Assembly: GCA_040954595.2 (NCBI GenBank)
Contig: CM082592.2
Location: forward strand, 1,550,001 to 1,614,000
Direction of reading: 5' to 3'
Source: Balanoglossus misakiensis
Taxonomy: Eukaryota > Animalia > Hemichordata
Length of the DNA stretch: 64,000 bases
Under the pieces are notes generated by a model that saw only the letters and a list, made by a program, of their open reading frames with translations, had not been told where the DNA came from and did no database searches. This document shows positions 1 to 13,743 of the stretch, one piece after another. Made by a program: the position numbers and the translations under genes. Every line of letters starts with the position of its first letter. Position 1 is the first letter of the stretch.

Positions 1-837
1 AGCTGACTTGCGTAAGGATTACTTGTGCTGGTTTCTTGAAGGGAAAGCGAGTGACTATTACACATTACTGGTCGAACGAGATACCAGTATCAGTTTTGAC
101 CATGTAATGCGGAAATTAGAACGCCGACTTGGTTTCCGTGAATTACCGGAGACCGCGCAAGTTGAATTTCAACAAGCACGGCAACAGTCCGACGAAGTCA
201 TCGAGGACTGGCCTGATAGAGTACTATCACTCGCGGTGGGGGCTTTTAGTGATGTATCCGACGAACGCATTCACAAACAAGCAGTCATGCGATTTTGTCA
301 GGGCTCGACGGACAAGGAAGCTGGCCAATATATAGCCAATCAGCGTCCAAAAACCATTGAGGATGCGATCGACTGTATGCGTTGGTACCAGCACAACCAC
401 AAGGCCATTTATGGGAAACAGCGCAAAGAGGTGAGATATATCACCCCAGAAAGAGACCAAGAGGATGAATTGGTCTCAGTGCAGGCCGTGACTCGTCAGT
501 CGTCCATGTCAAATCAACATGATACACCAAATCACCAAGACATGGGTAATCGTCGACTAACAAGGGACCAGAATATTACTGATGTAGTCAAAACCATGGA
601 AAGACATATGGCCCAAGTTGAAGCCCAAATGACAAAAATGACCACTATGTGTGAGTCAGTCGACACGCAGATGAAACGTGTCGTCGGTAAATTAACAGAG
701 AGGGGTCGGTATACTAGCCGATCTCCTTCTCCAAACAGCAAGGGTTGCTTCCACTGTGGCAACATGGTACATTACAAAAGAAATTGCCCTCAAATGTCTC
801 CAGCTAAAAATGAGTCAGCAAGAAATCACGTACAATT
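1..837 (+). pseudogene. gag: Gypsy retrotransposon Gag, C-terminal part (copy A)
   Basis: Capsid-like QQARQQSDEVIEDW segment and CCHC knuckle CFHCGNMVHYKRNC. Interrupted at 838; removing the insert restores RNHVQFVEENGGG. Confidence 0.85.
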
Positions 838-2917
838 AAAGCTGCAAGCAGCATTGAAGGGGCCCAAGCATAGAGTTAATAACCATTAGACTCCATTCAG
901 GGTTGTACCATTCAAATGCGTAGGCTGTATTTGCTCTCGATGTTGAGATATGGGGAAGTAGGCAACCACCTGAAATGCATGTCGTACAAGTACAAAAACA
1001 ACAACCAAAGGTGAATTTCTACATTGTAAGTTCTTCAGTAAGTACTTCAAAGGTCAGCTGAGGGTACCCAAAAATTGGGCCAAAAATTTTGATTCATATT
1101 TGGTTCATATTCAAGACAGCGGAAAATCCTCGCCCTTTGGGTTGGTCAAATTAGATATGACAATAAAATGAGTTACGCAAGTAAATTACAGGTGGCCCCA
1201 GGAATTTAGCATTTCATGACGCAGAGGTCCTACCCTACCCCTCCAAACACCTGGCTATATATGATTTGCATGCTAACATATGGAAAGCAGGTCAATGGAC
1301 ACCTGAGGTCAACCAAATATTTGACAAAAAAATTTCATTCCTGTTTATATCATGTGCAACAAATCCTACATTTGCAGCCCTTTCACTTTGCCTACCATTA
1401 GGTATGCACGGAATACATGAATCAAGCAGGTGTCACAGGTATCCCTATGTATTTGGCATTTCATGATAGTTTCATCCCTCCAAATACCAAAGCTGCACCT
1501 GTACAACGTGCTGAGATATGGCACTGTACGACAGAGGTCATCCAAATCACCTTATACATTTGGGCAAAAACCAACTGACACTTACATTCGTCCCTGTGGA
1601 ACAAAAACCACACATATCGCCCTGTTGGTTAGTGTCCAATTAAATGTACAAAATCAATGACTTCGGCAGGTGTAACGGGTGACCCCGCCTTTGGTATATC
1701 ATTATGGTCCCATCCGTATATCCCCCCCACCACGCCAAAGCTGCATGCATCTGCTGTTATTCACTAAGCACAAGTAGGTGAAATGTCACATAAGGTCGCC
1801 CACAACTTGACAGGAAAATCGGACTTCATATTGACCCATGTGCAACAAATACCATGCTAGCATCCCTTTCATTGACCCCACAATTACGCATGCACATAAT
1901 AGAGTTACGCAGGTGTCACAGGTGACCCCCGAATCGGGCGTATTATTTTGGTCCCATAGAGCTGCATGAAGCTGCGTGCCATTACGGGCGACCTGATAAC
2001 CCCCACGGCCACCTGCGGGCCGAACCCCATACTGAACGTTCAGTTGCAACATCACGACTGAAGTAAGAACATTTGAACGGCAATGAAGCCTGATCTCTGA
2101 TTATTGCTGGTACCCTACTCCCTTTGTGCAAGAAAAGCACTGGTCTGCTTATGTATTTCTGCCAATTTCCCGAACTACTATCCACTACATGTGACTACCT
2201 AAATGCTAATGAAACCTCCCACAACATTAGCGACTGAGGGTCAAAGTCCGCTGCCGCATTACATTGAATGTTAACCAGTGTAGCCGGGGCTACAGAGACA
2301 CATTTAAACGGCAACAGCTAACAAACTCAGCGTAATTCAATAAATCGCCCTAACACAGCCTGAACTCCGATAATGTGTTGTCCCAAAATTCATTCCGTGG
2401 AAAATAATCACTGGTCTGTTTACGTATTTCAGCCGATTTTCCAAGGACTACTGCAACCCTCCTGCTAATGAGATCTCCACAACATTACGTAATGACTGTC
2501 AAAGTCCGATGCCCCAGTGTTTGTCCTCAGCCCACCAAAAAATGCGAAAAATATTACAAAAATCTTCTTCTCAAAATCGACGTGGCCTAGGACTTTAAAA
2601 TTTGGCACAGGGGATTTTGGCCACATGGTCTACGAAAATCGCGAAAAGAATGTACATGACCCCATTAACGTGCAAATTAGGTCAATTTGAAAATTTCGCT
2701 CGATTATAGCCACCAAGTCACGTGACTAATTACAAATTCAAAGGGCAGGTGCACTAGTACTCATGGGCCCCAACCACCGTGCCAAGTTTCTTAGGCGTAG
2801 AACCAGGGATTTTTGAGCAAAACGGGAGCAAAAAAACGACTCAAGAAGAAAGAAGAAAAACTCCAGCAATAACAGAAGGGGACCAAGCGCCTGAGGGCGC
2901 TTGGTCCCCTTCTAATT
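838..2917. mobile_element. Non-autonomous Helentron-like element with terminal hairpin (copy A)
   Basis: AATT at both junctions (834-837, 2914-2917). Perfect 18-bp stem agaaggggaccaagcgcc/ggcgcttggtccccttct at 2874-2913. A partial copy of that motif (gaaggggcccaagc) lies near the other end. No coding capacity. Confidence 0.65.
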
Positions 2918-2949
2918 TGTCGAGGAAAACGGCGGCGGACGAGGCCTAA

Positions 2950-3580
2950 GCTTGACCCACATCCAGTTGTTTGTCTGGTAAACCCATCACCTGGTAAAGT
3001 TACAATCTGTTCTGGGAAAGTAATAGCCAGGGCAGTTTCAGCGACTTTGGTGTCTCCTGAAGTTCCTGATGACATCGCACATGTGGGGCAAGTGACAACA
3101 TATGTGAAAATGGGAGAACTGAATGTATTGACCCAATATTTACAAAGTCTATTTTTGCGCTCCAGCACACATCTTAATGATCATGAAGCGGAGGTACGGC
3201 AGAAGTTATTACATGAATACCAAGATGTGTTTGCTGAAAACGATTACGACTTGCAATTGGGCAATTTCACTGCTGTTAAACATAAGATCAGTACAGGCAA
3301 TGAAAAGCCCATTAAGCAACTTTTGAGACGAACGCCGATACGTTTTGCTCAAGAGGAAACAAATTTAAATAAAATGCAAAGAATTAAACCGTCGATATCG
3401 GACTGGGCATCAGCTCCTGTTGTAGTCAGAAAAAGAGATTCAGCATATTGGCAGATAGCAATTGATCCAGCCGACCGTCATAAAACAGCATTTACTACAA
3501 AGTATGGTTTGTTTGAGTTTCACGTATGCCTTTTGGTTTGTGTAATGCACCAGCTATACCTTCGCCAGGGTAATGAACTT
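2950..3580 (+). pseudogene. pol: Gypsy Pol fragment, N-terminal reverse transcriptase with deletions (copy A)
   Basis: Motifs HKISTGNEKPIKQ, PSISDWASAPVVVRKRD and SAYWQIAIDPADRHKTAFTTKYGLFEF, then frameshifted MPFGLCNAPA. The YxDD region is missing. Confidence 0.85.
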
Positions 3581-3619
3581 ATGGCCGCCAAAAAGTGTCG
3601 ACCAATCTCCCATGATGCA

Positions 3620-4959
3620 TTTCAACGTCCCGTCAAGCCATGGTAGGATGCCTAGACAGCATTATATCGTAGCTTGTACAAACTTCAAAGGAGGGTAATC
3701 ATAAGGCCCTGGCTAGTGGCTTACTGAAAAGACTTGGTACTTATCAGTTCATTGCCATGATGTACTTTTGTGCAGATGCCATTGGTTTGCTATCCAAGTT
3801 GTACAGAGCCATGCAGAGCGAGATTGTTATATATTCTGACATAAAACTTCAAATAAATGCTACAGTAGATGCATTACAGTCCTTGCTCACTGTCAATGGC
3901 CCACATTTTACTGAGTTTTTAGAGTTGATTCCTGATCAGCCACCCACAGAGGGCAACAGATGTGCATTCAAATCCCATGAGATTAGAGATTCTCAAATGA
4001 AAGAGAGAAATTTGAATCAAATAGATTGAAATTCATTGAGCAACTTGTGACCCATTTAAGGGCATGGTTCCCTGATAGTGGATTGATGGACTTCTTCAGT
4101 GTACTTGATCCAAGAAATATTCCTGAGAATCCAAGTGCTGACTATGGATTAGAGAAACTGAAAGTTCTAACAGAGCATTTTGGTGTTGAGAGGAAAGACA
4201 AAGAGGGAGGAGTCCATCAATCCATGATCAGTGGCACTGAAACCATACTTGAATGGACCTGTGTGAAGTCTCTATAATGGTACAAAAAAGAACCATGAAC
4301 ACACAGATGTTTTTCAGGGGAATTCTGATGAAACAGAGAGAGCTTTTTCCAAATCTTTTTCAGTTGTTTGTTATAGCACTTACCTGCCCTGTGACATCTG
4401 TGAGCTGTGAGAGAGGTTTCTCACAATACAATTTGACAAAAACTACTCACAGGAATCTGCTGACTATTCAACATATTAACAATCTTATGATGATAAGTAT
4501 TGAAGGACCACACATCAAAGAGTTTGACTTTGATGCAGCATTTGATGTATGGATCCGTATGAAGGATAGACGGGCTTTTGCCAACATGCAATTAAAAGTT
4601 ACTGAGAATGATATCAGGGAGGCAGAACATAGTGTTGACGTAATAGAGTCTCAGCTTGCCAGGATGGCAGATGGAATGAATACACTAGTAAAGGAAACTG
4701 AGATGCATTAGATGTATCATCCTTTATTGCATACAAACGTGTACCACATGAGTATTGTAATAAACAAAACAAAATCCAGAAAATCTCATTTGTGTTGTAT
4801 TTATTTTAAGTAGAAGTAAACATTCGTGTCTACAAATTTATTCGTCAAGCAGGATAAAATTGCGAAAAAAATGGCTAATCAATTTCTAATTTGGCTAATT
4901 GAATTTAGGTGTTATTAGCCAAAATGGCTAATGCTTTTGAAATCCTACCGCTAACACTG
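3620..4959 (+). mobile_element. 3' part of a hAT transposon (ZNF862-like transposase remnant and right end), copy A
   Basis: Frameshifted ORFs 3757-4711 with hAT dimerisation motif IALTCPVTSVSCERGFS. Subterminal ggctaat repeats and a terminus ending ccgctaacactg (CAGTG on the minus strand). Confidence 0.75.
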
Positions 4960-5781
4960 TGATGGTATGTATAACTTATGCCTTCAGTGTTCTTATTTTA
5001 AAGGGAAATATTTCTAAATTAAACCCTATTGATACAAAGACCTGTGAATTGTAAATAAGTTACTAACATGTACGTGTATACAACTTAAAAAATGCATAGT
5101 TTCGATGGCAATGTCTGGCTTTTTCTAACTTATACTTCCTGTAAAATTATGATGTCTTCCATCCAGGCTGGTATCATCAGGGAAAGATGTCCTCCTCTTT
5201 GCAGAATGTTTGGGGGGTGGGGGACTTCCACTCTGACATGAGGGACTGTATCCCCATTGCCAAATTGCTAGTAGGGGTGGCAATGATGTCAACAGGGGTG
5301 AATCGCCCCATCCCTCTGTCCATATAAACATTGATTATGCTCTCTACCCACTTGATTTAGTACTTACTAGTGTTATCCCTATCTTGGAAATGCACATGAT
5401 TATGGCACTTCCCCGGTATGCATGTAACAATCATAGACAATGCTAAATGTACTGCTCAGTAATACTTCATCTGCGTAAACAAACAAACAAATCATATTCT
5501 TTTATTGGATGAATTCAATATACAGGTATAACTATAAGTACTGCTGTGGATATGTTGTTGAATATGTGTGTATCTGTTTTTTATACTGCTGCAGGTATTT
5601 ACAACTCAGTCAAATTTGGTGTTGACTGTATGAAGTTTTGGAGTACCTCAGACAGTGCAAAAGAAAAGAACTGCAACCGTTTTAATAGCGAGCAAAAACA
5701 AGAGACAACGAATAGCAAACACACATACTTAGTAAATAACATTACAATAACAATGTAACGTGTTGGCGATGCATATCCTAC

Positions 5782-6700
5782 TTGCACCAAACCCTTGTTA
5801 CAGCACTATTGGTATGGCCATCTCAGGAACAGATTCGAGGTTGGATGCCAGTAGATTTTAGAAAGGATTTTCCACACACACGAGTGATATTGGACTGCAC
5901 TAATTTTTTTGTAGATAGACCCAGTAATAAGGAAGAAACGGGTTTACTGTTTAGTCAGATCTTACGACTTCTGTCAAATCCAGCATCACCGAGAAGTTTG
6001 CATACCGTGACCGAGCGAGCTAGCCACATTGAAAGAAACTGATTATTTAGTGAGCAGGCAAGTACATTTCTGTCGGGAAAAGAAAATATACACAAATCAC
6101 AAAGTAATATACTTACACTGCTACACATCCACAGCCCGCGGAAAGCACCTCTGCTTTCTTAGTCAGCAGTATCCAAGTTTCGTAATGATCGGCTGCTTGT
6201 CTCTGCTTTGGTTTGACTTGCCCTTTGATGAACATGAGCGAAGTCTGGGCGATTTTCAATAGACCCAAGACTCAAACTTTCAACATGATCGTCCTTGTAC
6301 ATAAAAAAACATCATCTGAATGATAATTACTCAGTCTTTTTGGAGTCCAGTTACAATAAGACACAATATATGCGAACACATCGCCTATTGTTAACAAAGG
6401 CATACTATGCAGGTCTCGGCTACAGACGACCGCCGCTCCGTACAAATCGACAACTTTACCGTCATCGTCAACAACACGTCTTCGTTTTCGTTCAGCTTTT
6501 TCATGGTCACATTTCTCAATGACATCGTATGTAATATCTGCCTTACTTGCTAACACAACCAATTCTTGTTTGTTTTTTTTCTTCCAAATGAGAGGATACC
6601 TCTCTCACTTAAAAAATTCTTCAACTCGTCGACACGCATCTTCCGAAAACTGTCGGTCATTTTGAAAAAGTATCGACCGCTAGACACTTTTCTTACTAAC
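5782..6700. mobile_element. Internally deleted ISL2EU/Harbinger-like remnant (copy A)
   Basis: Plus-strand WPSQEQIRGWMPVDFRKDFPHTRVILDCT matches the motif in the transposase at 56040-57146. A convergent minus-strand fragment resembles the N-terminus of the partner SWIM/YqaJ gene. Confidence 0.6.
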
Positions 6701-6709
6701 CTAGGGGGT

Positions 6710-8728
6710 CGGAATTCTATTTGAGGCAGCGAGAATTGGTGCAGAACTCATCCAAGTCCAAAATAGTGAAGAAAAAGTAATCTCCTGTGGCAGTTTTGCT
6801 TTAACAAATGAACAAAGGCGTTATTGCACTACGCGTAAAGAACTGCTGGCTATAGTACGTTTCACACGCCAATTTCGACATTACCTGTTGGGTAATCACT
6901 TCACAGTGAGGACGGACCATAGCAGTTTACTATGGTTACCACCGTGACGTTTCAAAGACCCGCAGGGACAACTTGCTAGTTGGCTGGAAGAATTGAGTCA
7001 ATACAATATGACCGTAGAACATCGCCCAGGGAAAAAGCATTGTAATGCCGATGTGTTATTGAGGATACCCGTTGATATCGGGTGTCAGGAGTACAAACAA
7101 TATCGAACCAGACGAGCTGCCCTGTGGAGGTTGCAAATACTGTAAGCGCGTCCACCGAAATTGGGCAAGATTTATTGATGAGGTCGATGACGTTGTACCA
7201 CTGGCGCAAGGCACTGGCATTCAAAAAGAAATACAGTGTGTTCCCCCTACATCACCTTGTAATAGTGTTCCAGGTGAAGACATTGATTACAGTTATGGAT
7301 TACACTGGTTGTGGAATCCTGTGGTGAGGGAACACATACCAGCGGAAACTCATGCGAGAAGACAAGTGCAATCTGTAACTGTGGATAGCGAAACACACCA
7401 TACAAATTTAGAGATTGTATCAAAGCCGTGCCTTGAACAGATCTCCCACATGTATCCCAAGATATATGTTATGACCCGAGCCGATTCCATAAGAGCTGAA
7501 GTCTCTAGTTATGGTAGCGATAACCTTGTTATCATGGTTACGCTCAAAGGAAACACCTTCCGAAGGACAACTGTTTTTGTGATATTTGTAGTCAAAATAA
7601 GAAACCCACCCGACACGCAAAGTGTATATTAACTGACTACCATGCAAGCAGTCCCATGGAACGAGTCCACCTAGATTTCTTGGTGCCTCTGCCAAAGACA
7701 GACAAGGGAAACGAATGCATTTTAGTCATGGTAGATCAGTTTACAAAGTGGGTAGAATGTGTACCACTTCCATCACAAACGGTAGAAGTCACTGCGCAAG
7801 CGGCGATGAACGAACTCTTTTCTCGTTTTGGCTACCCGTTTCAGATATTTACTGATCAGGGTAGGAACTTTGAGAGTAAATTGTTTACTGCTATTTGTGA
7901 GGTACTCAAAATACACAAGGCCAGGACTACACCGTATCGACCCTCTGCTAATGGCCATCAAGTAGAACGTTACAATCGAACCCTAATGGATGCCGTTAGG
8001 TGTTTTATTGGCAATTCGCAAAATAAATGGGACAAATATCTGCACCAAATAGTAGGCGCATTGAGATCATCCGTAAATCGTCAAACTGGGTTCAAACCCA
8101 TAAGTTGATGCTCGGACGGGAAGTAAATCATCCTGCAGATCTAATGTTTGGCAATTTATCTAACAACAGATGTCAATCAGAAGACACTTACGTAGTTAGA
8201 GTTAGAAAATGCCATAAAATTTGCTCACGAAGTCGCTCGCGAAACTCTAAAAACGAGCCAGAAACGAATGAAACGTGACTACGATATTAAAGCGAATAGT
8301 CATACATATCACGTGGGAGATATATATCGGATACTGCTATAAAACCTGGAAAATGTAGGAAACTTTCAAAACCATGGAAAGGACCAGGTGTAATAATAGA
8401 AAAAAGAACACCATTCATATTTAGAGTTAATTTACCCAGGATGATTATTACTGTGAACCATGATAGACAAACATTGTGCAAACAAGAGAAACTACCATCA
8501 TGGATAGTAAAGTACAAGTCCAACCTAGAGAAAAACAAAAATAGGACTAATTCATCAAGGGAACAAACATCTGACAAATTGTATTGTATTTGTAGAAAGC
8601 CAGATGATGGCAAACTCATGATACAGTGCGATTCTTGCTATGAGTGGTACCATGGTGTGTGCGTAGGGTTAACTTCACAAAACGTCGTAGATATTGACAG
8701 ATATACTTGCCCTATGTGTGCACTATAA
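6710..8728 (+). pseudogene. pol: Gypsy Pol: RNase H, integrase core and C-terminal PHD finger (copy A)
   Basis: RRYCTTRKELLAIVRFTRQFRHYLLG..VRTDH (RNase H); ERVHLDF, MVDQFTKW, TDQGRNFES and VERYNRTL (integrase DDE); C4HC3 PHD at 8579-8728. Several frameshifts. Confidence 0.9.
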
Positions 8729-8977
8729 TCATGGAAAATGCATGTGAATTAACAAAATAGTTTCCATGTTTAATTTTTCAGACATCCTACCAACCCGTGG
8801 CCAACGGATCGGGCAGGAATTATCCTTAGGAATAGGGGAACTGAAGAGAAGAATCATTATTTGTTACTTTATTATAAAGGTTTTTATTTACATTTAATTT
8901 AAATGGCTGAAGAACGCCTTAAGAAACCCTCTAGTCTGCGTGACCCTGAACGGTGGCGACGTGTGGTGAACAGCATC

Positions 8978-10343
8978 ACAGTTATCATCACAGTTATCAT
9001 AAAAACGAAGTCTCCATGAGAGAAAGAGATCCGTATTCATTTCACGAGGATGACCGTGATCGTAGATACGAAAACCGCGGACCACATACATGTAGAGAGA
9101 ATAGGGAAAGTAGGGAGAGAACACCACGTCAACAATACTATTCAATAGATCTGACTCAGTCACCAGAATATGAACGAAGACGCCATAGCAGATCACCGAC
9201 TCCCTATCTACAACCTGTATTTAGTGATAGCAGGTTTTCCCCTCGCGAACCCGATCATCACTATACGCCAATATCATCTCGAGATATCCGGGAATTTGAT
9301 CCCCAGGTCTCCGAAATATATCCATCCGGACATACCTATAGACGAGGATCCGGGAATGTTAATAGCGACAACGGATTTGAAGAGCGAACACCAAACTCTT
9401 TTCCGAAGCCGTCAAGCATTCCTAAAACATTAATCTATGATGGGACCTCAAACTGGAGAACCTTCAAGACGAAATTTCTCAAATATTCTAATGCTAGTCA
9501 GTGGTCAGCTGACTTGCGTAAGGATTACTTGTGCTGGTTTCTTGAAGGGAAAGCGAGTGACTATTACACATTACTGGTCGAACGAGATACCAGTATCAGT
9601 TTTGACCATGTAATGCGGAAATTAGAACGCCGACTTGGTTTCCGTGAATTACCGGAGACCGCGCAAGTTGAATTTCAACAAGCACGGCAACAGTCCGACG
9701 AAGTCATCGAGGACTGGGCTGATAGAGTACTATCACTCGCGGTGAGGGCTTTTAGTGATGTATCCGACGAACGCATGCACAAACAAGCAGTCATGCGATT
9801 TTGTCAGGGCTCGACGGACAAGGAAGCTGGCCAATATATAGCCAATCAGCGTCCAAAAACCATTGAGGATGCGATCGACTGTATGCGTTGGTACCAGCAC
9901 AACCACAAGGCCATTTATGGGAAACAGCGCAAAGAGGTGAGATATATCACCCCAGAAAGAGACCAAGAGGATGAATTGGTCTCAGTGCAGGCCGTGACTC
10001 GTCAGTCGTCCATGTCAAATCAACATGATACACCAAATCACCAAGACATGGGTAATCGTCGACTAACAAGGGACCAGAATATTACTGATGTAGTCAAAAC
10101 CATGGAAAGACATATGGCCCAAGTTGAAGCCCAAATGACAAAAATGACCACTATGTGTGAGTCAGTCGACACGCAGATGAAACGTGTCGTCGGTAAATTA
10201 ACAGAGAGGGGTCGGTATACTAGCCGATCTCCTTCTCCAAACAGCAAGGGTTGCTTCCACTGTGGCAACATGGTACATTACAAAAGAAATTGCCCTCAAA
10301 TGTCTCCAGCTAAAAATGAGTCAGCAAGAAAACACGTACAATT
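8978..10343 (+). pseudogene. gag: Gypsy Gag (copy B), 5' end fused to the duplication junction
   Basis: ORF 8953-10395 with YDGTSNWRTFKTKF and a CCHC knuckle. Its start codon lies across the duplication breakpoint. Confidence 0.85.
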
Positions 10344-12423
10344 AAAGCTGCAAGCAGCATTGAACGGGCCCAAGCATAGAGTTAATAACCATTAGACTCC
10401 ATTCAGGGTTGTACCATTCAAATGCGTAGGCTGTATTTGCTCTCGATGTTGAGATATGGGGAAGTAGGCAACCACCTGAAATGCATGTCGTACAAGTACA
10501 AAAACAACAACCAAAGGTGAATTTCTACATTGTAAGTTCTTCAGTAAGTACTTCAAAGGTCAGCTGAGGGTACCCAAAAATTGGGCCAAAAATTTTGATT
10601 CATATTTGGTTCATATTCAAGACAGCGGAAAATCCTCGCCCTTTGGGTTGGTCAAATTAGATATGACAATAAAATGAGTTACGCAAGTAAATTACAGGTG
10701 GCCCCAGGAATTTAGCATTTCATGACGCAGAGGTCCTACCCTACCCCTCCAAACACCTGGCTATATATGATTTGCATGCTAACATATGGAAAGCAGGTCA
10801 ATAGACACCTGAGGTCAACCAAATATTTGACAAAAAAATTTCATTCCTGTTTATATCATGTGCAACAAATCCTACATTTGCAGCCCTTTCACTTTGCCTA
10901 CCATTAGGTATGCACGGAATACATGAATCAAGCAGGTGTCACAGGTATCCCTATGTATTTGGCATTTCATGATAGTTTCATCCCTCCAAATACCAAAGCT
11001 GCACCTGTACAACGTGCTGAGATATGGCACTGTACGACAGAGGTCATCCAAATCACCTTATACATTACGGCAAAAACCAACTGACACTTACATTCGTCCC
11101 TGTGGAACAAAAACCACACATATCGCCCTGTTGGTTAGTGTCCAATTAAATGTACAAAATCAATGACTTCGGCAGGTGTAACGGGTGACCCCGCCTTTGG
11201 TATATCATTATGGTCCCATCCGTATATCCCCCCCACCACGCCAAAGCTGCATGCATCTGCTGTTATTCACTAAGCACAAGTAGGTGAAATGTCACATAAG
11301 GTCGCCCACAACTTGACAGGAAAATCGGACTTCATATTGACCCATGTGCAACAAATACCATGCTAGCATCCCTTTCATTGACCCCACAATTACGCATGCA
11401 CATAATAGAGTTACGCAGGTGTCACAGGTGACCCCCGAATCGGGCGTATTATTTTGGTCCCATAGAGCTGCATGAAGCTGCGTGCCATTACGGGCGACCT
11501 GATAACCCCCACGGCCACCTGCGGGCCGAACCCCATACTGAACGTTCAGTTGCAACGTCACGACTGAAGTAAGAACATTTGAACGGCAATGAAGCCTGAT
11601 CTCTGATTATTGCTGGTACCCTACTCCCTTTGTGCAAGAAAAGCACTGGTCTGCTTATGTATTTCGGCCAATTTCCCGAACTACTATCCACTACATGTGA
11701 CTACCTAAATGCTAATGAAACCTCCCACAACATTAGCGACTGAGGGTCAAAGTCCACTGCCGCATTACATTGAATGTTAACCAGTGTAGCCGGGGCTACA
11801 GAGACACATTTAAACGGCAACAGCTAACAAACTCAGCGTAATTCAATAAATCGCCCTAACACAGCCTGAACTCCGATAATGTGTTGTCCCAAAATTCATT
11901 CCGTGGAAAATAATCACTGGTCTGTTTACGTATTTCAGCCGATTTTCCAAGGACTACTGCAACCCTCCTGCTAATGAGATCTCCACAACATTACGTAATG
12001 ACTGTCAAAGTCCGATGCCCCAGTGTTTGTCCTCAGCCCACCAAAAAATGCGAAAAATATTACAAAAATCTTCTTCTCAAAATCGACGTGGCCTAGGACC
12101 TTAAAATTTGGCACAGGGGATTTTGGCCACATGGTCTACGAAAATCGCGAAAAGAATGTACATGACCCCATTAACGTGCAAATTAGGTCAATTTGAAAAT
12201 TTCGCTCGATTATAGCCACCAAGTCACGTGACTAATTACAAATTCAAAGGGCAGGTGCACTAGTACTCATGGGCCCCAACCACCGTGCCAAGTTTCATAG
12301 GCGTAGAACCAGGGATTTTTGAGCAAAACGGGAGCAAAAAAACGACTCAAGAAGAAAGAAGAAAAACTCCAGCAATAACAGAAGGGGACCAAGCGCCTGA
12401 GGGCGCTTGGTCCCCTTCTAATT
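10344..12423. mobile_element. Non-autonomous Helentron-like element (copy B)
   Basis: Duplicate of 838-2917; hairpin at 12380-12419. Confidence 0.65.
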
Positions 12424-12455
12424 TGTCGAGGAAAACGGCGGCGGACGAGGCCTAA

Positions 12456-13090
12456 GCTTGACCCACATCCAGTTGTTTGTCTGGTAAACCCATCACCTGG
12501 TAAAGTTACAATCTGTTCTGGGAAAGTAATAGCCAGGGCAGTTTCAGCCACTTTGGTGTCTCCTGAAGTTCCTGATGACATCGCACATGTGGGGCAAGTG
12601 ACAACATATGTGAAAATGGGAGAACTGAATGTATTGACCCAATATTTACAGTGACAGTCTATTTTTGCGCTCCAGCACACATCTTAATGATCATGAAGCG
12701 GAGGTACGGCAGAAGTTATTACATGAATACCAAGATGTGTTTGCTGAAAACGATTACGACTTGCAATTGGGCAATTTCACTGCTATTAAACATAAGATCA
12801 GTACAGGCAATGAAAAGCCCATTAAGCAACTTTTGAGACGAACGCCGATACGTTTTGCTCAAGAGGAAACAAATTTAAATAAAATGCAAAGAATTAAACC
12901 GTCGATATCGGACTGGGCATCAGCTCCTGTTGTAGTCAGAAAAAGAGATTCAGCATATTGGCAGATAGCAATTGATCCAGCCGACCGTCATAAAACAGCA
13001 TTTACTACAAAGTATGGTTTGTTTGAGTTTCACGTATGCCTTTTGGTTTGTGTAATGCACCAGCTATACCTTCGCCAGGGTAATGAACTT
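12456..13090 (+). pseudogene. pol: Gypsy reverse transcriptase fragment (copy B)
   Basis: Duplicate of 2950-3580. Confidence 0.85.
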
Positions 13091-13743
13091 ATGGCCGCCA
13101 AAAAGTGTCGACCAATCTCCCATGATGCATTTCAACGTCCCGTCAAGCCATGGTAGGATGCCTAGACAGCATTATATCGTAGCTTGTACAAACTTCAAAG
13201 GAGGGTAATCATAAGGCCCTGGCTAGTGGCTTACTGAAAAGACTTGGTACTTATCAGTTCATTGCCATGATGTACTTTTGTGCAGATGCCATTGGTTTGC
13301 TATCCAAGTTGTACAGAGCCATGCAGAGCGAGATTGTTATATATTCTGACATAAAACTTCAAATAAATGCTACAGTAGATGCATTACAGTCCTTGCTCAC
13401 TGTCAATGGCCCACATTTTACTGAGTTTTAAGAGTTGATTCCTGATCAGCCACCCACAGAGGGCAACAGATGTGCATTCAAATCCCATGAGATTAGAGAT
13501 TCTCAAAATGAAAGAGAGAAATTTGAATCAAATAGATTGAAATTCATTGAGCAACTTGTGACCCATTTAAGGGCATGGTTCCCTGATAGTGGATTGATGG
13601 ACTCCTTCAGTGTACTTGATCCAAGAAATATTCCTGAGAATCCAAGTGCTGACTATGGATTAGAGAAACTGAAAGTTCTAACAGAGCATTTTGGTGTTGA
13701 GAGGAAAGACAAAGAGGGAGGAGTCCATCAATCCATGATCAGT

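Larger units (their letters stand above)
1..8977. repeat. Tandem segmental duplication, copy A (begins upstream of the window)
   Basis: Position 1 aligns to 9507 (offset 9506). Near identity continues to cagcatc at 8977/19784. Many ORF pairs have near-identical translations. Confidence 0.95.

Noticed and set aside
8441-8728. Host PHD-finger gene exon
   Set aside because: It follows integrase C-terminal sequence (KPWKGPG) directly in both duplicated copies.
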